From positions 1 through 64,000 of the forward strand of contig JBHIBG010000004.1 in NCBI GenBank assembly GCA_046758965.1: a stretch of DNA of 64,000 nucleotides. The letters are read 5' to 3'. Each line of letters starts with the position of its first letter. Positions within the stretch are counted from its first letter, which is position 1. This DNA is from Candidatus Methylomirabilia bacterium (GTDB lineage: Bacteria > Methylomirabilota > Methylomirabilia > Rokubacteriales > CSP1-6). Shown in pieces: positions 45,722-55,719 of the stretch. The notes under the pieces are model-generated. The model made no database searches, had not been told where the DNA came from, and worked only from the letters and a program-made list of their open reading frames with translations. The position numbers and the translations under genes were made by a program.

Positions 45722-46507
45722 ATGATCGTCGACACCCACTGCCATCTTCACGATCCTGCGTTCAGAAACCTTCGCGAGACGGTGACCCGCGCCATCGCTG
45801 ATGACGTGTGGGGCATCATCGCGGTGGGAGGTGATCCCCCGACCAACGCGCGGACCCTCGAGCTCGCCGCCCAGCATCCCAAGGGCGTCTGGGCCTGTCT
45901 CGGGTACCACCCTGAGTGGCTGCGGTTGGGCGATGAGGAGTTCGAGGCGGTCGAGGCGCAGGTGGCGCGGCACCAACACCGGGTCGTGGCGCTGGGCGAG
46001 GTGGGGCTTCCCTGGTACAGTCTGGGGAAGGCGGCGGACCCGGCGCAACGGTTGGCGCGGAGTCGGCAGCGGCTGGGACGCCTCCTCGACCTGGCCGTGC
46101 GTTACGACCTGCCCGTTGTCCTCCACGCTCCCCACGGCGCTGCGGAGAGCGCCCTGCTCCTGCTCAAGCAGAAAGGAGTCGAACGGGGCGTCTTCCACTG
46201 GCACAAGGCGCCTCCCGAGGTGACGAAGGCGATCGTGGAGGCCGGCTATGCCGTATCGGTGACGCCGGAGGTAGCCTATCACCCGCGAGACCGCGAACTG
46301 GTCGAGTGGATTCCTCTGGATGCCCTCCTCGTGGAGACGGACAGCCCGTGGGCATTCGAGGGTGAGTTCGAGGGCCTCCCCTCGGGGCCGTGGCTTGCCT
46401 CGCGGGTCGTGGAGGAGGTCGCCAAGATCAAGCAGATGCCGGTTGACGAAGTGATGCTTCACCTCTCGGCCAACGCCTGCCGCCTTTTCGACTTGGTCTG
46501 GGCCTAG
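45722..46507 (+). CDS. tatD: TatD family hydrolase
   Basis: DTHCH, GYHP, GEVGL, LH, FH, LLVETDSP. Confidence 0.88.
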   Translation: MIVDTHCHLHDPAFRNLRETVTRAIADDVWGIIAVGGDPPTNARTLELAAQHPKGVWACLGYHPEWLRLGDEEFEAVEAQVARHQHRVVALGEVGLPWYSLGKAADPAQRLARSRQRLGRLLDLAVRYDLPVVLHAPHGAAESALLLLKQKGVERGVFHWHKAPPEVTKAIVEAGYAVSVTPEVAYHPRDRELVEWIPLDALLVETDSPWAFEGEFEGLPSGPWLASRVVEEVAKIKQMPVDEVMLHLSANACRLFDLVWA

Positions 46508-46620
46508 CGCCGTGCCAGTAACCGTCGCACGAGCCGGACGGCCTTCTCCCGGCGTCCCGCACCCACCTTCGGTGGGTACCCGGCCCGCTTCTTGTCTCGG
46601 CAGGAAAGCCGACTAGACCG

Positions 46621-47334
46621 GTGCGACAGGAAGGGCACAAGGTGCCTGTCGAGGGAACCACGGTTGCGCTCGTGCTCCACCTCCCCAAGCGCACGTCAGC
46701 ACCGTGTGTGGTCGCCTGTCACGGTCTCAGCGCCTCCAAGGACAGCGAAAAGTATCTGCTCCTAGGCCGGGAGTTCCCCAAGGCAGGGTGGGCCCTGGCG
46801 CGCTTTGACTTCCGAGGGTCGGGAGAGAGCGCCGGGGTGTACGCCGACACCACGGTGGGGAGTCGGGTCCGCGACCTGGAGGCTGTGCTGAACTTCCTCG
46901 CAGATCAGCCGACAGTGGATGGCCGCTTCGGCCTCCTGGGTTCTAGCATGGGGGGCTACGTAGCACTCTTCGTGGCGGCCCACCGCTCGCCGGCAACCCC
47001 GGTGGTGACCTGGAACGCGCCCGCGACCTTGTCGGAGCTCGGCCAGCCTCGGTCCGAGGATCTCGCGGGGCTCGGCCCGGCCTTCTTTGATGAGCTCAGC
47101 GCTGGGCGCTACGTCGATGCACCCTCTGGCGTCCGCTTCTGCCTGACGATCCAGGCGGATGGCGACGAGGTGGTGCCCCCACGCCACGGCCAGCTGCTCT
47201 TCGAGCGGGCTCTTGATCCTCGAGAGCTGGTCATGCTACCCGGCGCCGACCATCGCCTCACCACGCCGGGGTCTCGCATGGAGGCCGTGACTCGGAGCCT
47301 GGAGTGGTTTCGGCGGTTTCTCCCCGCGGGATGA
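46621..47334 (+). CDS. Alpha/beta hydrolase
   Basis: CHG, RFDFRGSGES, GSSMGG, D.VVP, GADH. Confidence 0.88.
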   Translation: MRQEGHKVPVEGTTVALVLHLPKRTSAPCVVACHGLSASKDSEKYLLLGREFPKAGWALARFDFRGSGESAGVYADTTVGSRVRDLEAVLNFLADQPTVDGRFGLLGSSMGGYVALFVAAHRSPATPVVTWNAPATLSELGQPRSEDLAGLGPAFFDELSAGRYVDAPSGVRFCLTIQADGDEVVPPRHGQLLFERALDPRELVMLPGADHRLTTPGSRMEAVTRSLEWFRRFLPAG

Positions 47335-47440
47335 AGATGGTTCCGGTAACGCCTCCGGCGCCAACGCGAAGCTGGACCTTCGTCGAGCTCAAGGATGTGG
47401 TGGACCTCTTTCCCGAGATACCTGGGAGGCCCCGACCGGC

Positions 47441-48226
47441 GTGGAACGCATCGGAAATCTCCTCCTCGAACGGGTGAGCCCACCCGAGAGCACAAAGCCT
47501 TTTCCGCTCCTCTTCGTCCACGGGATGTGGGGAGGGAGCTGGTACTGGGCCAACTACCTCAGAGCCGCCGCGGAGGCGGGGTGGGAGGCCTGGGCCATCA
47601 ACCTCCGAGGCCACCACGGAAGCCGTCCCGTCCCGAACCTCGGACGGGTCAGCGTCTTCCAGTATGTGCAGGATCTGCTGGATTGCCTTCGGGAGCTGGG
47701 AGAGGTGGTCCTGGTCGGCCACTCCATGGGTGGTCTCGTCACCCAGAAGGTGGCTGAGATCGGCGGCGTTCGGGCAGCGGTGCTGCTCACGAGCGCCGCC
47801 CCACGGGGGATCCTCGTGCTGCGCTGGCCGGTCCTCTCCCGTGTGGCGAGGTACCTCGGTCCCATGATCCGAAATCAGGCCCTCCCAGCCTCGCGCGGCG
47901 ACGCCAATGCCCTGGTGCTCAACGGGCTCACCCCTGGCCGTCAAGCCTGGGCCTACGAGCAGTTCGTCCCCGAGTCGGGACGGGCCGCCCGCGAGCTCGC
48001 CTTTGGGCTCATTCCCGTGGATGAAGCGTTGGTCCGCTGCCCGGTCCTCGTGGTCGGGGCCGAACTCGACGCGATCACCCCGGCGGCGATTCAGCGGCGC
48101 ATCGCCCGAAAATACGGGGCTGCCTACCAGGAGATGAAAGGCCACGCCCACATGCTGATGCTTGAGGATGGGTGGGAGCGCCCGTTTGCCGCGATCCTGC
48201 AATGGGTCGAGGCGGCAACCCGCTGA
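47441..48226 (+). CDS. Alpha/beta hydrolase
   Basis: LLFVHG, NLRGH, GHSMGG, HAHMLM. Confidence 0.88.
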   Translation: MERIGNLLLERVSPPESTKPFPLLFVHGMWGGSWYWANYLRAAAEAGWEAWAINLRGHHGSRPVPNLGRVSVFQYVQDLLDCLRELGEVVLVGHSMGGLVTQKVAEIGGVRAAVLLTSAAPRGILVLRWPVLSRVARYLGPMIRNQALPASRGDANALVLNGLTPGRQAWAYEQFVPESGRAARELAFGLIPVDEALVRCPVLVVGAELDAITPAAIQRRIARKYGAAYQEMKGHAHMLMLEDGWERPFAAILQWVEAATR

Positions 48227-48254
48227 CCACCACGAACTGGTCCAGGAGACACCA

Positions 48255-49382
48255 ATGCCTGGTCTTGTGCTCAAGGGCGGAAGAGTTCAGGATCCCTATG
48301 CGGCAGTGTCCGGACAGTATGACGTCAGGTGTCGGGGCGGACGGGTCGTGGAGGTTGGGCGCGCGCTCCCCGCCGATGGCGACCAGGTCATTGCCGTGGG
48401 TGACAAGCTCGTCGTGCCGGGTCTCATCGATCAGCATGCCCACTGCTTCATCGGAGCCTCTGACCTGGGCCCGCGCACCGATGCGGTCTCTGCATCCACC
48501 GGAGTCACCACCTTCGTCGATGGCGGGAGCGCTGGAGCCGCCACCTTCGAGGGGATGCGCGAGTTCGTCATTGCCCGGAGCCGCGTCCGGATCCTGGCCT
48601 TCCTCAACATCTCGGCCATCGGGCTCGCGTACCTCCAAGTTGGAGAGCTGAACCACCTTCCCTATGCGAACCCCGACGCGGCCGCTGCGGTGGCGCGGGA
48701 GCACCGGGACCTGATTCTGGGGATCAAGGTGCGCAACCAGAAGGAGGTGGTGGGTGAAGCCGGGCTCGAGCCTCTCCGGCGCGCCATCCGCGCGGCCGAG
48801 ATGGCCGGGGGGCTCCGGGTTATGATCCATGTGACGAACCCGCCGACCCCACTCGACGCCATTCTCGAGCTCCTCCGCCCGGGTGATCTGGTGAGCCACT
48901 TCTTGAACGGGCGTGGGTACGGGATCCTCGACGAATCGGGTCGGATCAGCACGGCGGTGGGGCACGCGAGACAGCGGGGGATTCTGTTTGACGTCGCCCA
49001 TGGGCGGATGCATGTCAACTTCCCGATCGCCAGGGCTGCCATCGATCAGGGCTTTTTGCCGGACACGATCTCCTCGGACCTGACATCAGGCGGCGCGGCC
49101 GGGGTCGTGAAGGACCTCCCCACTACGCTCTCGAAGTTCCTGAACCTCGGCATGCCTCTGGAGGACGTGATCCGGGCCGCTACGGAGACGCCAGCCAAGG
49201 TGATCGGCCGGGAGGGTGAGCTCGGGACGCTCAAGCCGGGAGCGGTCGCCGATCTGGCGGTGTTCGATCTCGAGGAGGGCGACTTCGACTTTCATGATGC
49301 GGACGGCAACACCTTGCGCGGGCGGGTCCGCCTCACCCCGTACTTGACGGTGAAGGACGGGGAGCTCTGGTGGAGGCGATGA
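48255..49382 (+). CDS. Dihydroorotase-like amidohydrolase/deacetylase
   Basis: PGLIDQHAH, GVTTFVDGGSAG, GIKVR, MIH, FDVAHG, PDTISSD. Confidence 0.88.
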   Translation: MPGLVLKGGRVQDPYAAVSGQYDVRCRGGRVVEVGRALPADGDQVIAVGDKLVVPGLIDQHAHCFIGASDLGPRTDAVSASTGVTTFVDGGSAGAATFEGMREFVIARSRVRILAFLNISAIGLAYLQVGELNHLPYANPDAAAAVAREHRDLILGIKVRNQKEVVGEAGLEPLRRAIRAAEMAGGLRVMIHVTNPPTPLDAILELLRPGDLVSHFLNGRGYGILDESGRISTAVGHARQRGILFDVAHGRMHVNFPIARAAIDQGFLPDTISSDLTSGGAAGVVKDLPTTLSKFLNLGMPLEDVIRAATETPAKVIGREGELGTLKPGAVADLAVFDLEEGDFDFHDADGNTLRGRVRLTPYLTVKDGELWWRR

Positions 49383-50876
49383 TTACTGTTTGGCAAAGCC
49401 GGCAGCGTGCTCCCCCGCGAGCTTGCCAAAGACAGCGCCGGCCATCAGCCCGGCGCCACCGGGGTAGTTGTGGTAGAAGAGCCCTCCCACCAGCTCGCCG
49501 GCCGCGTAGAGGCCGGGGATCACGCGATCCTCGGTATCGAGCAGTTCGGCCCGCACGCTGACCCGAAGGCCCCCGAAAGTGAAGGTGATCCCGCAGGTGA
49601 CGGCATAGCCTACGAACGGTGGGGAGTCCAGGGGGAGCGCCCAGTTCGATTTGGGGGGCGTGATCCCCTTGGTGCATTTGCGGTCCAGGATCGCGGGGTT
49701 GAACTCGCCGGGCTGGACTGCGGCGTTGAAACCCCGGAGGGTGCGAGAAAGCCCTTCGGGATCGATCTCGAGCTTCCGCGCCAGCTCCTCGACCGTCCCG
49801 GCTTCGGCCTTGGTGACCTCCCGGATCCGATACTCCTCCCGAAGCAGCCGCACCACCCTCGTGTCGAAGATCTGAAAGGCGGCTCGCTGCGGTTGTCTCA
49901 GGATCTCCCGGCCGTACTTGGCGTAGGTGTAGTTTCGAAAGTCGGCCCCCTCATCCACGAACCGTTCTCCTCTGGAGTTGACGATGATCCCCAGGGGGTA
50001 GGAGTGCTTCTGGAAAAGGTCACCGACCCGGCGATCACCGAACGGCGGGGCGTTGAGGTCCCAGGCTACGGCATGGCAGCCGGACCAGTGACCGTAGGGC
50101 TGGGCTCCGATCTCCAGGGCTATGCGGATCCCATCGCCGGTGTTGTGCCGGGTGCCCCGGACCCGCGCCAGCTCCCAATCCTGCCCCAGGTAGCGGGTCC
50201 GCCACTCCGGGTTGGCCTCGAAACCTCCTGAGGCCAACACCACGGCCCGCGCGACGATTTCCTGAAACCCGGCGGGTCCCTGACAGGTGAGACCGCGGAT
50301 GGCGCCCCGATCGTTGAGGACGAGGCGCGTAGCCTTCGTGCCATAGCGCACCTCGACTCCGAGCCCTGCCGCTCGGTCGTAGAGTGCCTGAACCAGTCCC
50401 GGCCCACCCCCCACGGCTTCCACGCCGAGCCCGCCCCAGAACTGGTGTCGGTCACCCACCTTGTAGGATTGGCGTCCGAGCATGAAGATCCACCGGACCC
50501 CGTGGCTCCGCATCCAGACGACCGTCGGACGCGAACGGGTGACGAGGAGATCGGCGAGGTCCGGGTCTGCCAGATTCTCGGTGAGCCGCATGAGGTCGTC
50601 GTAAAACTGCTCCTCCGGATAGGGGTCGATCTCTACCGAGGCGGCTTCCCCGGGCGCGAGGTCGGGAATCACGTCCTTCCCGAGATCCTCGAGACCCGCG
50701 TGGGCGAAGCGGAATCCTCCGGCGGTGAAAAACGAGTTGCCGCCCCGCTGGGACTCGGGAGCCTTCTCGACAAGCAGCACGCGCGCGCCTCCTTCGCGCG
50801 CTGCCAGGGCAGCACAGAGAGCAGCGTTGCCGCCGCCGACGATCACCACATCGAATTCGCCGCCATTCCGCGCCAT
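49383..50876 (-). CDS. tcuA: FAD-dependent tricarballylate dehydrogenase-like flavoprotein
   Basis: VGGGNAALCAA, RGGNS.FT, GGFEAN, GITFTFGGL, NYPGG.GL. Confidence 0.85.
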   Translation of the reverse strand: MARNGGEFDVVIVGGGNAALCAALAAREGGARVLLVEKAPESQRGGNSFFTAGGFRFAHAGLEDLGKDVIPDLAPGEAASVEIDPYPEEQFYDDLMRLTENLADPDLADLLVTRSRPTVVWMRSHGVRWIFMLGRQSYKVGDRHQFWGGLGVEAVGGGPGLVQALYDRAAGLGVEVRYGTKATRLVLNDRGAIRGLTCQGPAGFQEIVARAVVLASGGFEANPEWRTRYLGQDWELARVRGTRHNTGDGIRIALEIGAQPYGHWSGCHAVAWDLNAPPFGDRRVGDLFQKHSYPLGIIVNSRGERFVDEGADFRNYTYAKYGREILRQPQRAAFQIFDTRVVRLLREEYRIREVTKAEAGTVEELARKLEIDPEGLSRTLRGFNAAVQPGEFNPAILDRKCTKGITPPKSNWALPLDSPPFVGYAVTCGITFTFGGLRVSVRAELLDTEDRVIPGLYAAGELVGGLFYHNYPGGAGLMAGAVFGKLAGEHAAGFAKQ

Positions 50877-50933
50877 GGGGGGCATCATCGGATCCGGGCG
50901 CCGGCGGGAGCGGATGCCGCCGCCGAAGGGGGA

Positions 50934-51752
50934 TCAGCCGACGATCTCTTCGCCGCCATCCACTCCAATCACGTTGCCGTTGATCCAGTGGGTGTCCGGG
51001 TGAGAGAGGACCACAATGGCCTTTGCGACATCCTCCGCGGTCGTCATCCGCTTGGCGGGGTTCCGCTGGAGCGCCATGGTCTTGATCTCCTCGTAGCCCG
51101 GAATCTTCTGAGCGGACGGCGTCTCAGTCACTCCCGCACGGATGGCGTTGACGGTGATCCCCCCGGGAGCCAACTCCATGGCGAGCTGGCGGATGTGGGA
51201 TTCCAGGGCGGCCTTGGCGGCCGAGACCGGGCCGTAGTAGGGGAGGACCCGCCTGCCACCGGCTGAGGTCATCGCGAAGATTCGCCCGCCCTCGCCCATG
51301 AGGCCGCGAACCACCACCTCCTGGGCCCAGTACACGAGGCTGTGAGCCATGACGTCCAGGGTCATGTCCATCTGCGCCTGGCTCACGGCCTCCTTGAGCG
51401 GCTCGATCACGTAGGGCTTCAACGTTCCGAAGGCCAGCGAGTGAAGCAGCACTCGCAGCGTGCCCGGTTCGCCTCGCTCCTCGAGCGTGCGCTGCATCTC
51501 GTCCAGCACCTCGGCTCGCTTCGCCGGGTCGGCGGCGTTAGCGTTGAAGAAGCGAGCCTCCCGACCCAGCGCGCTGATCGCTCCGACGATCCGCTCGACG
51601 TTCGGGAGGGTGGACTTTCGATCGAGGTGGACGCCGAAGACGTTGAGACCGGCCCGCGCGAGCGCCAGAGCGGTTGCCTCACCGAAGCCCGACGAGGCGC
51701 CGAGGATCAGGGCCCAGCCTCTGAGACGGATCGGAGAAGCCTCCGCGGTCAT
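50934..51752 (-). CDS. SDR oxidoreductase, enoyl-ACP reductase FabL-like
   Basis: ILGASSGFG, Y.PVSAAKAALES, VDGGE. Confidence 0.85.
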   Translation of the reverse strand: MTAEASPIRLRGWALILGASSGFGEATALALARAGLNVFGVHLDRKSTLPNVERIVGAISALGREARFFNANAADPAKRAEVLDEMQRTLEERGEPGTLRVLLHSLAFGTLKPYVIEPLKEAVSQAQMDMTLDVMAHSLVYWAQEVVVRGLMGEGGRIFAMTSAGGRRVLPYYGPVSAAKAALESHIRQLAMELAPGGITVNAIRAGVTETPSAQKIPGYEEIKTMALQRNPAKRMTTAEDVAKAIVVLSHPDTHWINGNVIGVDGGEEIVG

Positions 51753-51835
51753 TCGGATCGACCTCCGTGCGCCGGTGTTGGGTCTATCTATTCTAGCGCA
51801 ACTTCTCGCGCGGAGCGAGGTTCTGGCTCTTCCGA

Positions 51836-52525
51836 CTATCCCGCTCGCCAGCGCAGGAGGTGGGTGGCCAGCCACCACCCCCGATCCATCCGTCGCTTGA
51901 AGCGGGGCGAGGTGCGGTAGGCGAGAAGGGCTGCCTGCGGCGCCTCACGCGCCTTCCGGCGATCCCCGCTCCCGAGGTCGGCGCGCCCCAGCTTGTAGAG
52001 TCCTTCCACACTGGAGCCGTAAAGCTCCCGATGTTCCTCGAGGAGCCGGATCCCCTTGGCGAGTTCTCCCCGGTGGAGTGTGGCATCCGCCCAGTGGAGA
52101 AGGGGCTCCCCGTACCGGAGCTTGGGATCCAAGGCCAGGGCTTCCGCTAGGTCTCGTTTCCCCTCCGCGACCTGTCCCGTGCGGAGAAACGCCAAGCCGA
52201 GATCGGCACGCGCTCCCACCAGGTCTGGATGCCGCTCGACGACGGGAGTGAGCATCCCGATCGCTTCCTCATCGCGCCTCCGCCACACCAGCAACCGTCC
52301 CAGCTCCGAGCGCGCCGTGAGGTCGTGCGGGTTGGTGGCCACTGTCCGGTTGAGCGCTCTCATCGTCCGCCAATCCCTGAGGAGCGGTCCCACGCCGAAC
52401 AGTCGTCCGGTGAGGTACCCGTAACTCCCCGCGCTCAGGAGGAGAACCACGACCAGCGACAGGAGTTGGTTTCGGGTGATCCACGTGAGGAAGAGGAAGA
52501 GCCAAAGCCGTCCCACGCGCTCCAT
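51836..52525 (-). CDS. Membrane-anchored TPR protein
   Basis: Two N-terminal hydrophobic segments, then NPHD..AR.ELG and ALALDP TPR-like helices. Confidence 0.75.
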   Translation of the reverse strand: MERVGRLWLFLFLTWITRNQLLSLVVVLLLSAGSYGYLTGRLFGVGPLLRDWRTMRALNRTVATNPHDLTARSELGRLLVWRRRDEEAIGMLTPVVERHPDLVGARADLGLAFLRTGQVAEGKRDLAEALALDPKLRYGEPLLHWADATLHRGELAKGIRLLEEHRELYGSSVEGLYKLGRADLGSGDRRKAREAPQAALLAYRTSPRFKRRMDRGWWLATHLLRWRAG

Positions 52526-52599
52526 GCTACCAGATGGCTGCCAACACGAAAAAGGTGTAGCGCTGGGCCTTTTCGGTAGTCTAGAATGAGCCTACCCTC

Positions 52600-53328
52600 A
52601 TGGCGAAAACAGCCGGGATCGTTGTCATCGGAAACGAGATCCTCTCCGGTAAGATCATCGACACCAATGCTGTGCACCTCTGCCGGGAGCTCCGGGCCCT
52701 AGGCGTGGAAATACGAAGGATCTCGGTGATCCCCGATGAGGTCGATGTGATCTGCCAGGAGGTCGCCGAGTGCAGCCGATCCTACGAGTTCGTGTTTACC
52801 TCCGGCGGGGTTGGTCCCACTCACGACGACGTGACGATCGAGGGGGTCGCCCGGGCCCTGGGGGTCAGCGTGGTCCGGGACCCGCGCCTGGTCGGGCTCT
52901 TGGATCAACACTATAAAGGGAAACTCAGCGACGCCCGGCTCAAAATGGCCGAGATTCCTGAGGGCGCAGAGCTGGTGGCCAGCGACTCCCTAGTCTTTCC
53001 CGCCATCGTGATCCGGAATGTGTACATCCTCCCCGGCGTCCCCGAGATCTTCAGGCAGAAGTTTGAGGCGATCAAAGAGCGATTCCGGGAGCAGCCGTAC
53101 TGTCTGGCGAGCGTGTTCGTCAGGATGGGGGAGGCGACCCTGGCGGAATTCCTCAACGATCTCCTGGCGGCGCATCCACTTCTGATACTCGGGTCCTATC
53201 CCGAATTCTTCAACCCGGAATACAAGGTCAAGGTGACCCTCGAGTCCAAAGACAGGGCGTACCTCGACAAGGCTCTCGCCGAGTTCCTTGATCGGCTCCC
53301 CAATGAAGCGGTGGTGAAGGTCGAGTAA
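52600..53328 (+). CDS. CinA-N / molybdopterin-binding domain protein
   Basis: IGNEILSG..DTN, TSGGVGPTHDDVT, LPGVP. Confidence 0.9.
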   Translation: MAKTAGIVVIGNEILSGKIIDTNAVHLCRELRALGVEIRRISVIPDEVDVICQEVAECSRSYEFVFTSGGVGPTHDDVTIEGVARALGVSVVRDPRLVGLLDQHYKGKLSDARLKMAEIPEGAELVASDSLVFPAIVIRNVYILPGVPEIFRQKFEAIKERFREQPYCLASVFVRMGEATLAEFLNDLLAAHPLLILGSYPEFFNPEYKVKVTLESKDRAYLDKALAEFLDRLPNEAVVKVE

Positions 53329-53345
53329 GGAGAGGAGTCCTCGGC

Positions 53346-53654
53346 ATGATCGTGGTGAGCAACCGGATTCATGTGGTGAAGGGACAGGAGGCCGCGTTTG
53401 AGTGCCGGTTCGAAGGGCGGGCGGGCCTGGTCGACCGAATGCCAGGCTTCATACGACTCCAGATCCTCCGCCCCGTCCAGGGCGATGCCTACATGGTGAT
53501 GACGTGGTGGGAGTCCGAGGCTCACTTCAGGGTCTGGACCGAGAGCCGGGAGTTCCTCCAGGCGCACGGAAACCGGCCGCCCAAGGAGATGTTCTCCAGC
53601 CCCAATATCTTCGAGCTGCACGAGGTTATCGAGCACGTGGAGCGAACGGTGTGA
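53346..53654 (+). CDS. ABM-family (IsdG-like) monooxygenase
   Basis: VSNRI.V..G....FE.RF, PGF, WESE..F..W..S..F..AH. Confidence 0.85.
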   Translation: MIVVSNRIHVVKGQEAAFECRFEGRAGLVDRMPGFIRLQILRPVQGDAYMVMTWWESEAHFRVWTESREFLQAHGNRPPKEMFSSPNIFELHEVIEHVERTV

Positions 53655-53731
53655 ACTCCGGCGCGCTCCCCGCGGCGCCGCCAGCTAAGGCCCGGGCACT
53701 CCTTGACTCGGCGATTCTTGGGCCCGGGTAT

Positions 53732-54142
53732 CTAAAACGTGAGGACCTTGTCGGCGGTCGCGATATCTTCCAACAGGAAGGCGGTGAGCCCGCGCACCTC
53801 GATCCCGTCGAGCAGGTCCTCGGCTCCCACCCCGCAGATGGCCATGGAAGAGCTGCACGCGTAGAGCCGGACATCCCCCAGCTCCTGTGACTGCCGGAGG
53901 AGTTGGGGGAGGTCGGTCAGCCCCTGGGTTTCCAGGCGCTTGCGGACCGGGCCTTCGCGCCCGCGATAGGCCTCCGAGAGGTTGATCTTCGAAGCTCGGC
54001 TCTTGGTGACCTTGAGGACCGCCTCGTCACGAAAGAAGACCCGTACGGCGATTCCCGAGGCCACGGCGACCATCAGGAGCGTGACGACCTGAACGAGGCT
54101 GTTGAAACTCCCGCGCGAGGCGATGACGGCGAGGGTCTTCAC
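53732..54142 (-). CDS. DsrE/DsrF-like protein
   Basis: VRVFF..EAV, VRLYACSSSM, GL.AFL. Confidence 0.8.
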   Translation of the reverse strand: MKTLAVIASRGSFNSLVQVVTLLMVAVASGIAVRVFFRDEAVLKVTKSRASKINLSEAYRGREGPVRKRLETQGLTDLPQLLRQSQELGDVRLYACSSSMAICGVGAEDLLDGIEVRGLTAFLLEDIATADKVLTF

Positions 54143-54322
54143 GAGGCAGGTTCGCCAGCTTGCTTCTGGACGAAGGAGGCGATGAGAGCACCCCAGCGGG
54201 CGTCAGCCTCCCGGCGGTGGCCCGGGAAGCGGTGGCCGGTGTTCCGACACCAGGCGGGGTAGTCGTGCTCAGCTGCCGGATCCGAGATGCAGACCATGGA
54301 GGGTTTTTCCCTTGGTCGCCAT
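54139..54322 (-). pseudogene. Short gene start joined out of frame to a TusA/SirA C-terminal half
   Basis: Strong RBS plus MATKGKTL, soon stopping; second frame SDPAAEHDYPAWCRNTGH lacks the N-terminal CPxP. Confidence 0.7.
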
Positions 54323-54333
54323 GCGTCCTCCTC

Positions 54334-54663
54334 TCAGTGCCAGATGGCTTTGTCTGATTTCTCCATGAGAAGATCAACGAGGTCGTCCATGGTGCCTACG
54401 TTGACGGCCTCGGATCGCCGCTCCTTGGTGATGCCGCGCTGGCGAAGGGAGATTTCGTCGGCCAGGAGCATGAGGCTCCGGGCTTTGGCCTGTGAGGCGA
54501 GCTTTTTACCTGCCTGAAATCGCTTCCGCGCGGCGAACACTCCATCCTGGACGAGGTAGATCGTGACGTGGTGCTTGAGCTCTCGAAGCTGCTCTGCGAG
54601 CTCGAAAGCGTACTCACCACCCTCTCCAGGGCTTTTGGATTCTACCAAGAGGTACCGTGACAG
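54334..54663 (-). CDS. DsrH/TusB-like (DsrE-fold) protein, apparent CTG start
   Basis: YLVQDGV, LADEISLRQRGI, KAIWH; AAAGGAGG 9 nt before CTG. Confidence 0.8.
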   Translation of the reverse strand: MSRYLLVESKSPGEGGEYAFELAEQLRELKHHVTIYLVQDGVFAARKRFQAGKKLASQAKARSLMLLADEISLRQRGITKERRSEAVNVGTMDDLVDLLMEKSDKAIWH

Positions 54664-54757
54664 GGTAAGTCGCCTCCTTTCTGATCGACAATACGTGAAG
54701 ATTTGCCTCTGACGTCAAGCGAATAGTAGTCGTCGCTGTTTCGCGGTCCGTTCCCCG

Positions 54758-55585
54758 TCAGTCTGGGGGTACGCCAGAGCTGATGGGGGAATCGAGGTAC
54801 GGGTCAAGGAAGCGAGCCCATGCGATCCAGTACGCTACGCCGCCGACCAAGTAGGTGTCGTTGTGGCGACTGCCGCGGATGGTATAGAACGCTTTGGGTT
54901 TTGGAGCCGCGTCGAACAGGCGGCGTCCGTGTTCATAGGGGACGATCTCGTCGCTGTCGCCGTGGAGAATGAAGACCGGAGAGTGGACTCGGCTGATCTT
55001 CGTCCGGGAATCGAATCGGGTCTTAAACAAGACGCCGCTGCCAGGCAGTGTGCGGTTGGCCATGGCAGGGACCGACAGGAGTGGGGACTCCAGGATCAGG
55101 GCCACCGGTGGCGCGACCAGATCGAGCTCGATGGCCACGGCGGCGCCAAGCGACCGACCGAAGTAGACGATCTGGTTCGCGTCAACGCCCTCGCGGATCA
55201 GGGCCTCGCGAGCGGCCCGCGCATCCCGGTAGAGGCCTTCCTCCGTGGGCTGGCCTTCGCTCCGGCCGTAACCCCGGTAATCGAAAATGAACACGCCGAT
55301 ACCGAGGTAGCGGTGGATTGCCTCGATATTGTCGAGGCGGTGGCTCATGTTGCCGCCGTTCCCGTGGAACCACAAGAGCGTGAGCGGCCGTCGCCCCGGG
55401 ACCAACCAGCCGTGCAGACGTACGCCGTCTTCCGCCTGAAACCATACCTCGCGATAGGGAAGACCCAGCGCGGCGGGGGAGCCATCGAGCTCTCGGCTTG
55501 GGAAGTAGATGAGGGCGCGCTCCATTCTCTCGCGGCACCCCCAGGCGACCAACCCGACCCCCAGCAGGATGAACACCCATCTCAT
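54758..55585 (-). CDS. Alpha/beta hydrolase (BEM46/ABHD-like)
   Basis: FHGNGGN, DYRGYG.S.G.P.E.G, GRSLG, HG..D.IVP, HND. Confidence 0.92.
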   Translation of the reverse strand: MRWVFILLGVGLVAWGCRERMERALIYFPSRELDGSPAALGLPYREVWFQAEDGVRLHGWLVPGRRPLTLLWFHGNGGNMSHRLDNIEAIHRYLGIGVFIFDYRGYGRSEGQPTEEGLYRDARAAREALIREGVDANQIVYFGRSLGAAVAIELDLVAPPVALILESPLLSVPAMANRTLPGSGVLFKTRFDSRTKISRVHSPVFILHGDSDEIVPYEHGRRLFDAAPKPKAFYTIRGSRHNDTYLVGGVAYWIAWARFLDPYLDSPISSGVPPD

Positions 55586-55719
55586 GACCCGGTCACCAGG
55601 GCTCTCTCGCCCCACCACTCACGGACCCCCATGGAAGCCTCCCGGGGCACCTGGACCACGTGACTGTATTGTAGCGTAGTTGCGAACGTCAACCCGAGGG
55701 TCGCGAAGGGTGACCCGTT

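Noticed and set aside
47331..47477. Short ORF between the two hydrolases as another gene remnant
   Set aside because: No recognisable family similarity in any frame
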